Shown here: piece after piece, positions 8,132 to 17,730 of the stretch
Layout: each line of letters opens with the position of its first letter
Numbering within the stretch: position 1 is the first letter of the stretch
Notes under the pieces: model-generated
What the model saw: only the letters and a program-made list of their open reading frames with translations
Database searches by the model: none
Told to the model about the DNA's origin: nothing
Virus record (IMG/VR): IMGVR_UViG_3300042367_000228
Coordinates: 1-64,000 of that record
DNA: 64,000 bases
Strand: one strand, 5' to 3'
Translations under genes and position numbers: made by a program

Positions 8132-8610
8132 TTTTTGAATTTCTTTTTAATTTCTTTATCGTCTAAACCGTGGTCTTTAGCAAGCTCGGTTATTTCTTTA
8201 TCAGTAGTTAACGATGCAAGCATCTCAACTTCTTTCATTTTCATACTAGGATACATTTCGGCTAAAAATACTACTTTTTTATTATCGGTATTATCTTTTT
8301 TCTTAAATCCAATCCATTGATGGAAAAACGTTTTCTCGCCGTTATATGAACACATACACAATAGCATCCACATTAATTTAGGATGTTGTTGTAGGTCAAA
8401 CCAATGCTTGTTAAAGCATTCGTTTACTGAATAAACAAAATGTTCTTGAATATCTCTAGGTTGACCTTTTACATTACTAATATATCTATTTAGAATAAAC
8501 AATTCACTCTTTAATAGCTTTTGATTAGTTTCGTCAAGTTCATCCCACAGTTCTCGTATACCCAAATCAACTGCTTGTATTTTTTCTTTTAGTTCTAATT
8601 TTTCAGTCAT
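8128..8610 (-). CDS. Probable clamp-loader small subunit (gp62-like)
   Basis: FILNRYIS...N...HPKL...FHQWIGFKKK pattern resembles T4-like gp62; ATG 8610 preferred. Confidence 0.55.
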   Translation of the reverse strand: MTEKLELKEKIQAVDLGIRELWDELDETNQKLLKSELFILNRYISNVKGQPRDIQEHFVYSVNECFNKHWFDLQQHPKLMWMLLCMCSYNGEKTFFHQWIGFKKKDNTDNKKVVFLAEMYPSMKMKEVEMLASLTTDKEITELAKDHGLDDKEIKKKFKK

Positions 8611-9116
8611 TATAGTAATTTGTCTAAATGTATTAATTCGCTTTGGCGTGATACTTCTTTTACAAAATATGCACAATCGGGTTTTGATTTTTGTTGTAAC
8701 GGTGTTGCTAGTAAATGACCTAATTTCATTTTAGGAAAATACCATTTAACATCGTTGTAAAAATTTACAATTTCGATCTTCTTGAATTCAATCCTAAAGT
8801 CTGATATTGGGTTAAACACTAGTGCATCAAACCCTCTATCATTTAAACTAGTTAACGGGAGTATTTCGATATGTGTTGCACTGCTACCATCTCCTACTGC
8901 AATACACCAATCGATTGGCATAGTTACTTCGTTATTACCAATTTTTAATACCATTGCTGGCGAATTAAATGATTCTAAATAGATTAATGGTGCAAAGAAG
9001 AAATCCGGATCTTGAGGATTACTGTTATCTAATACACCAAATCGCATGCTATCATCAACTTCGTCAGGCAAGCTGTTAAGTGAATACCACTCATTGTTAA
9101 CTGTTAATATATTCAT
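8610..9116 (-). CDS. Hypothetical protein, possibly a degenerate Hint-fold domain
   Basis: ATG 9116 overlaps the uvsW stop (ATGA); beta-strand pattern recalls Hint but lacks Cys1 and terminal HN. Confidence 0.6.
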   Translation of the reverse strand: MNILTVNNEWYSLNSLPDEVDDSMRFGVLDNSNPQDPDFFFAPLIYLESFNSPAMVLKIGNNEVTMPIDWCIAVGDGSSATHIEILPLTSLNDRGFDALVFNPISDFRIEFKKIEIVNFYNDVKWYFPKMKLGHLLATPLQQKSKPDCAYFVKEVSRQSELIHLDKLL

Positions 9117-11695
9117 TTCCAATCTACCTTATTAATTTCAAATGCATATTTTGCATCTTTATAAAATTTCTTTCTTTCTGCAAGATGTCTTTTAGCATAT
9201 TTGCAAGTACTAGTAATATCATAAATTTGCACAAAGTCTTTATCGTGTGCCTTTCTAATTCCTCTACCAATACTTTGTATAACTCTTGTAAAACTTTTAC
9301 CGGGTTCGATTAATACTAAATTAAAAATACGCGGAATATTAATGCCAACAGCAGCAACGCCATATGTTGCTACAATAATTTTATTTGATGCTGTTTTTAC
9401 TTCGTCGTATTCTGTTTTTCTATCTTTTGTTTTTACATTACCTGATACAAATACTGCATCTTCTATTTCATTTATAATAAAATTACCTGTTTCTATTCTA
9501 CCAACTAACACTAATGTATTTCCAGTTTCTGCAATAGTTCTAATAGTATCACTAATAAAACGCATTCTATCTTCATTTGTAACCTGATATTTTAATTCAT
9601 CTGCATATGACCGAAATGCTGGTAAATCAATTAGCTGCAGTACCTTTACATGACACGCAGACAATACACCTGCATCTTGTAATTCATGTGCTTTAATACC
9701 GCCTACTACAGGACCAATGCTTGCAAAGATTTGTTCATATTCAAACTTTTCTTTAGGCACCGTACCTGTTAATCCCCACCGAATTGGAGCATTACATAAG
9801 TTATGTGTAAGTAAGTTTTTTAATACATCGGCTTTTGCCATATGGACTTCGTCAACAATTACTGCGCAAACGCCGTCTAAAAATTCTGCTAATGTTATAA
9901 TGTCGTGTTCTTGATTTTTACTTTTCTTATCTAGTATGTTTAAACTTTGCCATGTACAAATTGTGTGTGTTTTGTCTAAATCCTTTTTATCACCGTAATA
10001 CATACCTACATCAAGATTCACGTTAACGAAGTCTTCACATGTTTGTTCTACTAAACTCTTATTTGGAACAATAACAATAGTACGACCGAATGGTTCACAT
10101 ACGTGAGCAAGCGTTGCTGTTGTTATCGTGTTATGAGTTACAATATAATCATCAGTAATATATAAATGATCCGGACTATCAATTAAAATACATTTAACTG
10201 GTTCAGTAGATACTAAGTTAATATCTGTAATATTAAGTTTTAAAGTATTTCCATATTGATATTTAAAGTTAGTAGCATTTTGTTTCCTAGATAATGATGT
10301 AAGCATCCACGGTTTAGGAAACTTAGTAGACACGGTATAAGAATCTTTACACGGGGTTCTTATTCCATTATACATATATGTATTATTAGTTTTTGTAAAA
10401 AGTTTTGCAATTCCACCGACACTTCTAACTAATCTTTGAAATCCGACCGCTAACTCATAACTAACCGATGTAAACTTAACACTAGATTTGTCAATTGTTC
10501 CATCACTATCAACTAATCCTCGTATAAGTTCTAATCGTTGTTCTAAACTACCTTTAAAATATATTTCAGGTATGAATTTAGAATGGCTGTATGTCTCCAT
10601 TAAGTTAAGGTCTGTTAAAATTTGAATATATTTATGAAATGAACTTTTAGAATCAGTAATATATCCTTTTTCATTTCTAATTTTATTTTTCATATGTAAC
10701 GATTTTTTATTTTGTAAAATTTTATCAGTTTTAAATGAAATTCCATAATCATACCGTGTTACATGCGTAACTTTATAGTTTTCGTCTAACTTTGATGAAA
10801 CTTTGTTAATTAGTTCATCATCAGCTGAACTAAATCCAACATGGTTATTTCTAAAACTACCGTCACCTAATAAAAACCCTAACAGCCATGGATCTAATGG
10901 TAAATTAATATCAGTATTATCATATTCCATAGTAGCCAATGGGATTCCAACTGATCTCTTAGTAGATTTTTTTAGTTTAATTAACTCACGTGTTGAAATA
11001 TTCCGTATTGAACCTGTTGACGATCTGCCCCACCCAATATTATATATTGGCCATATGTGGTCTTCACATGATCTTGCAGATCGTCCATCATAGAATGATA
11101 GTTCATACACATCCTTAATTCCTGGTTCATAAATTTCTAATATTGGCACTGATTTTCCGGTTGGAGTTATTACATAATCCCCAACTTGCATTTCGCCCAT
11201 TGTCTTCCACCCATCCGGTGTTAAAACTTTACTAGAGTAAGGTTGGCATTTACCGGCACCTGTGGCAATTTCTTGTAATGCTTGAGTTTGTGTTAAAAAT
11301 TTATTAATAGCTTCAACTTGATAGTCACGTAACATAATAGGCTGTCCGGCTTGAGAATGCCCTTCAGGCCATACTTTGCCTTGATCTGCCCAATATGATT
11401 CTGTAACTGGTGTAAAGTTTAATTTATAATGCTTTCTTAAATCTTCTATTTCGTCTATTTCAATACCGCTTTTATTAAGTACAGATAATATTGCTTCTAA
11501 ATTATTTAAATATCCAGTCCCGCCTAATCCAAATAGGCTAACAGTGCCGTCCCATCTACCTAACTTAAAAGAAGGTTGATATCTAGCATACGGCACTTCG
11601 AACTTAAATGTGTTTGCTAATTTCTTACGCACATCTAATGGCAAATTTTCAAACTTAATATTAACTTCGTCTTTTATGACTAATTTAACTCCCAT
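9113..11695 (-). CDS. uvsW: UvsW-like SF2 DNA helicase containing an intein
   Basis: LRDYQ Q-motif, ATGAGK/T Walker A split by the intein, VDEVH, GLTGT, QSIGRGIR; lies beside uvsY and uvsX. Confidence 0.92.
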   Translation of the reverse strand: MGVKLVIKDEVNIKFENLPLDVRKKLANTFKFEVPYARYQPSFKLGRWDGTVSLFGLGGTGYLNNLEAILSVLNKSGIEIDEIEDLRKHYKLNFTPVTESYWADQGKVWPEGHSQAGQPIMLRDYQVEAINKFLTQTQALQEIATGAGKCQPYSSKVLTPDGWKTMGEMQVGDYVITPTGKSVPILEIYEPGIKDVYELSFYDGRSARSCEDHIWPIYNIGWGRSSTGSIRNISTRELIKLKKSTKRSVGIPLATMEYDNTDINLPLDPWLLGFLLGDGSFRNNHVGFSSADDELINKVSSKLDENYKVTHVTRYDYGISFKTDKILQNKKSLHMKNKIRNEKGYITDSKSSFHKYIQILTDLNLMETYSHSKFIPEIYFKGSLEQRLELIRGLVDSDGTIDKSSVKFTSVSYELAVGFQRLVRSVGGIAKLFTKTNNTYMYNGIRTPCKDSYTVSTKFPKPWMLTSLSRKQNATNFKYQYGNTLKLNITDINLVSTEPVKCILIDSPDHLYITDDYIVTHNTITTATLAHVCEPFGRTIVIVPNKSLVEQTCEDFVNVNLDVGMYYGDKKDLDKTHTICTWQSLNILDKKSKNQEHDIITLAEFLDGVCAVIVDEVHMAKADVLKNLLTHNLCNAPIRWGLTGTVPKEKFEYEQIFASIGPVVGGIKAHELQDAGVLSACHVKVLQLIDLPAFRSYADELKYQVTNEDRMRFISDTIRTIAETGNTLVLVGRIETGNFIINEIEDAVFVSGNVKTKDRKTEYDEVKTASNKIIVATYGVAAVGINIPRIFNLVLIEPGKSFTRVIQSIGRGIRKAHDKDFVQIYDITSTCKYAKRHLAERKKFYKDAKYAFEINKVDWK
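10130..11248 (-). mobile_element. Intein (373 aa) with LAGLIDADG homing endonuclease
   Basis: Starts CQPYSSKVLTPDG after GAGK, ends YIVTHN before +1 Thr; LLGFLLGDGS and LIRGLVDSDG motifs. Confidence 0.95.
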
Positions 11696-12899
11696 ATGGA
11701 TTCCTCGTTTCGATTAATGGTTCTGATGGCGTATATGTTATAATCAAATCACTACATTTTGCATATACTGCCGTTTTACTGTGACGTAGTGTGTTGTTAA
11801 TACATAATACTGTCATTGGTTTCCACTCTGTTTTAAGAAAGAACTTTGGTAATTTTCCTCCGAGTACTCCTGCAACGATTGTTGAATCATCGAGCATAGT
11901 ATTATACTGTCTTTTTGCAATTGCGTCATTAAATATTTTACCATCAGGTGTATTATCTAATCTAAAGTAAATACCGATCTTATCTGTGATAGTATTATTA
12001 GTTAACGCGGTTGATAACTCATTAAACTGTACTATTGTGTTTAACGTTGTAGTTTGATCAAACACTACTAGTAGAGGTAATCGATTTAATTCAATTAACG
12101 ATTTAATAACAGTTGTTAAAGAATGAATATTGCTGTTTACCCATAATTTAGTAGATGGTCGATTAGCAATAGTTTCAGTCAACGTATTACAATTACATGG
12201 AACATTATCAGTATATTGATAACGATGTTTGCGATCTTTAATTAACAGATTAGTAGGTGTGTTACCTATATCAGTCGTAACTATAGATTTAAGAACACTG
12301 TTCGAATTGTTAGTAAGTAAAAATTGATCTAAGATTTCTAATTTATTCCACGAAACGATTGTATTATATATTTCTTGGAGTTCTGGTTCAACTTCAAAAT
12401 TATATTGTTCTAAGTTTTTTATTACAGTATATAAGTTACGTTCGGTATAATCAGCAATATAAAAAGACCCCGATTTTACTTGAATAATAGTCGATGATAA
12501 TGGTTTTAAATGATTACGAATCGTACTCGAAAATGTAAATTCAATTGCAATCACACCAGTGTAATTATTTCGAAATCCGTTGTATTCTGGAATCATATTA
12601 GACCCAGCAGGAATATGATAAATTTTCTTAATATCCGGAAGTATGCGAAATGAATTTTTCCATTGCGGGGTATCTAAATATTCTTTATAATCAGGTGTTG
12701 CTTCTAAAAGAAATTGCGAGTATGACGGTGTGTTTAAAATAGTAATTAATAAATTACTTTGTTTTTCAGTAATATATGTATCGGACATCATTGCACTGTG
12801 TAAACTTTGCAATGTTTTGTTATCTCTTGGCGAGAATGGCGGTTTTAATGACATACTTTGTAAGAATACAAAGTGAAGAAGGCTGTCTATTGTTTTCAT
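11685..12899 (-). CDS. Hypothetical protein
   Basis: 404-aa ORF coupled to uvsW; no motif recognised. Confidence 0.7.
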   Translation of the reverse strand: MKTIDSLLHFVFLQSMSLKPPFSPRDNKTLQSLHSAMMSDTYITEKQSNLLITILNTPSYSQFLLEATPDYKEYLDTPQWKNSFRILPDIKKIYHIPAGSNMIPEYNGFRNNYTGVIAIEFTFSSTIRNHLKPLSSTIIQVKSGSFYIADYTERNLYTVIKNLEQYNFEVEPELQEIYNTIVSWNKLEILDQFLLTNNSNSVLKSIVTTDIGNTPTNLLIKDRKHRYQYTDNVPCNCNTLTETIANRPSTKLWVNSNIHSLTTVIKSLIELNRLPLLVVFDQTTTLNTIVQFNELSTALTNNTITDKIGIYFRLDNTPDGKIFNDAIAKRQYNTMLDDSTIVAGVLGGKLPKFFLKTEWKPMTVLCINNTLRHSKTAVYAKCSDLIITYTPSEPLIETRNPYGS

Positions 12900-12919
12900 G
12901 TGTTATACACCTATAGTAG

Positions 12920-12940
12920 TGACGGGCACTAAGCCCGTCA
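12920..12940 (-). terminator. GC-rich intergenic stem-loop after uvsY
   Basis: TGACGGGC-ACTAA-GCCCGTCA; no clear U-tract. Confidence 0.45.
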
Positions 12941-12946
12941 TATTAT

Positions 12947-13402
12947 TTAAAGAGTTGCGTCTTCCATGCCTGCACATCTTAGTCGTATAATATTGCTTAA
13001 TGCATACGATTTCTGATCTAAGGCTTTTGTAATACCCAACCATTGATTTCTCAGTAGTGCAAATTCGTTAATAACAAGTTCATATTCGATTACATCGTCT
13101 TCACCTTCTACATACTTTTCACAATCGCGACTACTTAATGCCCTTGCGTATGTTTCTAAATATTTTCTAAAGTGATAACTCTTTAATCTTTTAAGTTCTA
13201 TATTAAGGAACTCAAGGATAGCTTCGACTTCTTGAAGCTGTCCATATCTATGTTCTACAATGCCTGGCATTGCTGCAGATGCTTTTTCTACATTTCCTAT
13301 TATTTTACACTCTTGTTTGGCACTTGTCAACTCTGTTTGAAAATATACAATGCCGTCAGGTAGTTTTGTAATGTCTTTTACGATTGTAGAATACCAACTC
13401 AT
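12947..13402 (-). CDS. uvsY: Recombination mediator UvsY
   Basis: YLETYARALSSRDCEKYVEGE motif; between uvsX and uvsW. Confidence 0.88.
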   Translation of the reverse strand: MSWYSTIVKDITKLPDGIVYFQTELTSAKQECKIIGNVEKASAAMPGIVEHRYGQLQEVEAILEFLNIELKRLKSYHFRKYLETYARALSSRDCEKYVEGEDDVIEYELVINEFALLRNQWLGITKALDQKSYALSNIIRLRCAGMEDATL

Positions 13403-13638
13403 TAAAACTCCAATTCTGAATAATCGTCATCATCTTCGTCGCTATTATCTTCTAAGTAGTATGTAATAGCTTGATCTAATACAGGATCAATACCAATAGC
13501 ACCTTGAAAGGTACGATCAGTAGCACCAAAGTCTGCTAACAATTCAATAAATCTCTCAGCAGCAATTTCTGCTTGTTTCTTATCAATATAATCTGCAAAC
13601 AACAACCATACATCAGCAATTTGTGTTTCATTCAACAT
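13402..13638 (-). CDS. Small acidic hypothetical protein
   Basis: ATG 13638 (MLNETQ) overlapping the uvsX end; acidic tail. Confidence 0.65.
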   Translation of the reverse strand: MLNETQIADVWLLFADYIDKKQAEIAAERFIELLADFGATDRTFQGAIGIDPVLDQAITYYLEDNSDEDDDDYSELEF

Positions 13639-14716
13639 TATTATCGTCCTCCATGACGTAATCATCTTCAATGATATCTTCAATGTCATCAAATACCACT
13701 GGTACATCAGTAAACTCGTTCATTGCTCTTAACAACGAATCATTAGTATTACTTTCCCATTCCTTACGGTACAATTTAATTTCAGTACCATCAGTTGCCA
13801 CATATTTAAGTCTATTTCCATCTTTTTTCAAGATATTCTTTTTCTCAAATAAATCAACTAAACCACTAAATGGGTTCATACCTGTAGTATATGGAATTTT
13901 AATTTGTAATGACTCAAATGGTTTAGCATAACGTGTTTTCATAATTTTACATGAGGCACGAATACCGTTAACTTCGCTAACTTTATTACCATCTTCGTCT
14001 TCTTTCAATTTAAGTTTTTTCATTGCTACTACAATACTAGATGCATAGATAAAACCTTGACCGCCTGAAATCTTATCGTCTGGATCAAACATATCTTGTG
14101 ATGCATAACTATGGTTAGTACATACTAAACCTACATTGTGACTACCGAACATATTAACACAGTTACGAACGAGTGCTGTAAGTGCTTTAGGTTTACGACC
14201 CATATCACCTTTTAAATCACCTGCTTCGAATTGATTAATATCAGTCGGAGTTAATAACATACCTAATGAATCTACTACAAACAAGACTTTCGGTTTGTCT
14301 TCCATAGCTTTGTATTCTTTCATAAACTCACTTATAGTTTTAGCTACGTCATCAATCATAGCCATGTTAAGTTTAAGAAGTTTTTCTTCACTTGTATCTA
14401 CACCTAGTGCGTGTAGCCAAGCTTCGTCTAGTGCGTTTTCAGAATCAATCAATACTACATAAATTTCTTGTTCTTGAGCGTGTTTAATGATATTACCTGA
14501 GCAGATGTAACTTTTACCTGCACCTGATTCGCCTGCAAACACAGTTACTTTGCCTAATGGAATACCTTTGTTGAAATCTGAACTAATAAGATAGTTCAAT
14601 GCGAAATTGCCAGTACTTACCCAATCTGTAGGATCATTAAAGCCTACACCTAAGCCGTCAATGCTTTTTGTTAGAGTTTTTCGAAATTTTGTTAAATCAA
14701 AGGGACGAGTAGCCAT
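13628..14716 (-). CDS. uvsX: RecA-like recombinase UvsX
   Basis: [10 protein letters not shown] Walker A, IDSENA, VVDSLG, KTRYAKP; own GGAG SD. Confidence 0.95.
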   Translation of the reverse strand: MATRPFDLTKFRKTLTKSIDGLGVGFNDPTDWVSTGNFALNYLISSDFNKGIPLGKVTVFAGESGAGKSYICSGNIIKHAQEQEIYVVLIDSENALDEAWLHALGVDTSEEKLLKLNMAMIDDVAKTISEFMKEYKAMEDKPKVLFVVDSLGMLLTPTDINQFEAGDLKGDMGRKPKALTALVRNCVNMFGSHNVGLVCTNHSYASQDMFDPDDKISGGQGFIYASSIVVAMKKLKLKEDEDGNKVSEVNGIRASCKIMKTRYAKPFESLQIKIPYTTGMNPFSGLVDLFEKKNILKKDGNRLKYVATDGTEIKLYRKEWESNTNDSLLRAMNEFTDVPVVFDDIEDIIEDDYVMEDDNNVE

Positions 14717-15461
14717 TAGTTATCTCCGTGTGTAGTTTTCTATTTTCTTTTTTGTTATGTTTGCCAAACCGATCTTTACGTTCTTCTGCTGTCATTTTAG
14801 ATATTTGTTCTTTCTTTATATTACTCATTTTTTTACATATTTCTGCATTATGAGTATACTCTAATTTTGCTTGAGATTCTCTCATTTTTCGTTTAGTTTC
14901 ATCAGTATGCTTCATACCAATATGTCCATTAGATTTACCTTTTTTTGCTAAAGAAATTGCCAATTTTCTCTCTTCAGACATAGGACCTCTAAGTTTTCCA
15001 CTCAATGATGCTTTTATTTTTTGACGCTGTTCGTTAGTAAATCCTCGGCGTTTAGCAGATGCACTCATTTTCTTAATAGTTTCCACTGAATGACGCTTAT
15101 TGAGCATTCCGGTGATACCTTGTTTAATATTCTCTCTCATTTTTTTTCGAGTTAATGGTCCTGGATTTATTAATCCATCGCCTCCATCTGTTAAATTGTG
15201 TAATATACCGGTACCTATATCTTTTCTACCATAAAAAGATATTAAATCTATTTCTAATGAAATTGCTGCTGACTCAAATAAATTTTCTTTTATGAATTTA
15301 ATTTTTGATTTATCTTTTGGAACGCTGATTCTACCATGCGTCTCAAAAGCTCGATTTTTTTTACCTTTACCGATATAATACGGTGTATTATCAGATTTTC
15401 TTAAATAACTGTAAACATAAAAAATAGGGGTATGATTATTATCAAAGGGTTTTGTTGCCAT
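14697..15461 (-). mobile_element. Free-standing GIY-YIG homing endonuclease with NUMOD3-like repeats
   Basis: FYVYSYLR...PYYIGKG; [10 protein letters not shown]; repeated [19 protein letters not shown]; starts MATKPFD. Confidence 0.9.
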
Positions 15462-15480
15462 GAATATACTCCAAACAATG

Positions 15481-15508
15481 TAACGTAGCAAGACCCCTTG
15501 CTACGTTA
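15481..15508 (-). terminator. 12-bp stem-loop between ssb and the endonuclease
   Basis: TAACGTAGCAAG-ACCC-CTTGCTACGTTA. Confidence 0.6.
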
Positions 15509-15520
15509 ATCTTACACCTA

Positions 15521-16531
15521 TTAACCGCGGTTACGAATTCTTGCTAAAATATCATTAGCACGAGAATCGCTTGATGCCGCAGGCGCTGTGTCAACAGCAG
15601 TTGGTGGAGTATATGCATTAACAGTTTCAGCTGGCTCATCCCAAGGTAATTCTTCTTCGACTTTGTGTACTACAGGAGCTACGGGTGCAACAACTGGTGC
15701 TACTGTAGCAGTATGCGTAGGAGCTGCATTTTCGTCAAACTGTACACCATATGGTCTAAAGTATTTGCCCCAACGTTCGATGTCATATGCTTCACCATTT
15801 ACTGATGCTTCAAACATTTCCATCATAACTTTAAGTTCAACGTCGTTTGGTTTTTTAGGTAAGTAGTCTGATAAGTTTGGTAATCCAAATTTATCAATTG
15901 CTGCATTTTCAGCATCGCTTAATGGACGTGTGTTACGTTTCCAAGTTGATGTTGAATAATCAGCAAAGCCGCCTTTGCTACCGACACGTAATGTAAAGTC
16001 GAAACCATTTACATAGTCTGTAGGTAATTCTGTATATTCTTCGTCAGTTAATGCTGCGTGAATTAATTTGTTAATTTGTGGTCCGATAATAAATCTACGG
16101 ATTGAATTTTCAGGTGGTTCTTTTTCGTCTAAACCGTCTTTAGATACAAAGCCATGATAAATGAAGCTACGTTTTTTCCAGTATTTACGACCCATGTCTT
16201 CTAATGAAGGATCTTTAAACCAGGGACGCACTTCTGAAAGAATCGGACATACTGAACCGTCGTTATACATTTCAACGCATGGTACATTTACTGTTACTGC
16301 TTTATTATCTGTTTGACCTTTAATACCTGCAAAAGGTAATTTGATTACGTTGCGTTCAACCCAGAAAAAAGTGTTATCTGGATTACCGTCTGGTAGGAAT
16401 CTAAAAGTTGCTTCGCCGCCTGATTTAATAGTCCAGAAAGGATAAATTGATTTATCGCCGCCTGTGTTACTATCTGTTGTACGTGTTTCTGCCGCTTTTA
16501 ATTTTGCTCTGATTTCTGCTAGTGTTGCCAT
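15521..16531 (-). CDS. gp32: Single-stranded DNA-binding protein (T4 gp32-like)
   Basis: FRFLPD, PCVEM...CPI, GRKYWKKRS motifs; acidic flexible C-terminal region. Confidence 0.9.
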   Translation of the reverse strand: MATLAEIRAKLKAAETRTTDSNTGGDKSIYPFWTIKSGGEATFRFLPDGNPDNTFFWVERNVIKLPFAGIKGQTDNKAVTVNVPCVEMYNDGSVCPILSEVRPWFKDPSLEDMGRKYWKKRSFIYHGFVSKDGLDEKEPPENSIRRFIIGPQINKLIHAALTDEEYTELPTDYVNGFDFTLRVGSKGGFADYSTSTWKRNTRPLSDAENAAIDKFGLPNLSDYLPKKPNDVELKVMMEMFEASVNGEAYDIERWGKYFRPYGVQFDENAAPTHTATVAPVVAPVAPVVHKVEEELPWDEPAETVNAYTPPTAVDTAPAASSDSRANDILARIRNRG

Positions 16532-16665
16532 TTTATTATCCTATGTGTTTTGAATTTAACACACAGATTTTACTCTGTGTGTTATATAGCCTATGTGTTT
16601 TATTACTAATATTTTTTGTGTTTTATACTTTAATATATAATGCCTTACTGTTAAAGTATGTGCGT

Positions 16666-16694
16666 ATTATATACTCTATTATTTATATGAGCAA
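16666..16694 (-). promoter_or_regulatory. Overlapping sigma70-like and late promoters for ssb
   Basis: TTGCTC-17 nt-TATAAT, with exact TATAAATA (16680-16687) inside the spacer. Confidence 0.7.
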
Positions 16695-16723
16695 GAGAAA
16701 TCTTTCACTTTTTCATATTCTTT

Positions 16724-17728
16724 TTACCATTTTGCTAATTGTACTATTCTAGCTAAACTATCTTCATTTTTAAACGAAACTGATTCAGCAGTTTGTTGTT
16801 GTGTCGCTGTTCCTGGAAACACTGTTACACCTTCTGGTTTTTCCGGAGGTGGTGTTTGAATTGATTGGCCAGCTTCTTGTTGTTGAAGAGACCGTTGCAG
16901 CTGTCCAAGTGCAGAGCTATTATACGCTGATTGTTGGGCAGGTGCTGCCGGAGCTGGTGCTTGTTGGCTTTGGAATGCAGGAGTAATTGCCGCTGCGCCT
17001 GCCGGAGCTGGAGCCGGTGTTTGGGCTGGATTCATATTCTTAATTGCTGCATCATATGCTGCTTTTTGAGCAGGATCCGTCGGAACTGCAGGAGCAGGTT
17101 TACTAGGATCCATATTGTTAGTAGCTTGTACACCGGCATCACGTTTATCTGACTTTGCTTGCCAATCCATTGCTTGTTGTGTTTTAGGCCCCATAATGCC
17201 GTCAGCTTTAAGTGGATAACCTTTAGCAATTAAATCTTGTTGGATTTTTACTACTGCAGGATCTGGCTTAGCTGCAGGAGCTTGTTGCTTTTGTGCTGTT
17301 GTAGCTGCTGGTTTAGCTGCAGGAGCTTGTTGTTTTTGTTGTGCAACAGGTTTACCGCTTGTTCCTTGTTGCTGCGGTGCATTAACATCGATACCTGCCA
17401 TTTTTGCAGGATCTGTGTTATTCCAACCTTGTGCTACGCCTTGTCCAAAATTTTGAGCACCTTGAACAACAGTATTAGCTGCATTACTTGCTGCATTTTT
17501 CACAGCATCAACTGCGCCGCCTGCATGGTTATATGCATACTGCCCGGCATCAGCAATTGCGCGTGGAACAGCAGTAGCATATCCTGCTGCGCTGCCGAGT
17601 GCATTGCCCATTGATTGCATTATCCCGCCTTGCGGTTGCTGTGTTGCTTGTGCAGCTTCGTACATTGCTAACTTTTCATTTAGTTGATTAACTCTAAATA
17701 AAAGTGCGTTTTCTGTAATTTTTTTCAT
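16724..17728 (-). CDS. Q/A/P-rich protein with peptidoglycan-binding domain
   Basis: IQQDLIAKGYPLKADGIMGPKTQQAM matches the PG_binding_1 pattern. Confidence 0.75.
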   Translation of the reverse strand: MKKITENALLFRVNQLNEKLAMYEAAQATQQPQGGIMQSMGNALGSAAGYATAVPRAIADAGQYAYNHAGGAVDAVKNAASNAANTVVQGAQNFGQGVAQGWNNTDPAKMAGIDVNAPQQQGTSGKPVAQQKQQAPAAKPAATTAQKQQAPAAKPDPAVVKIQQDLIAKGYPLKADGIMGPKTQQAMDWQAKSDKRDAGVQATNNMDPSKPAPAVPTDPAQKAAYDAAIKNMNPAQTPAPAPAGAAAITPAFQSQQAPAPAAPAQQSAYNSSALGQLQRSLQQQEAGQSIQTPPPEKPEGVTVFPGTATQQQTAESVSFKNEDSLARIVQLAKW

Positions 17729-17730
17729 TG

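Noticed and set aside
14697-15461. Intron in uvsX with MATKPFD as the 5' exon
   Set aside because: The downstream uvsX has its own SD, ATG and complete N-terminus; no non-coding intron sequence
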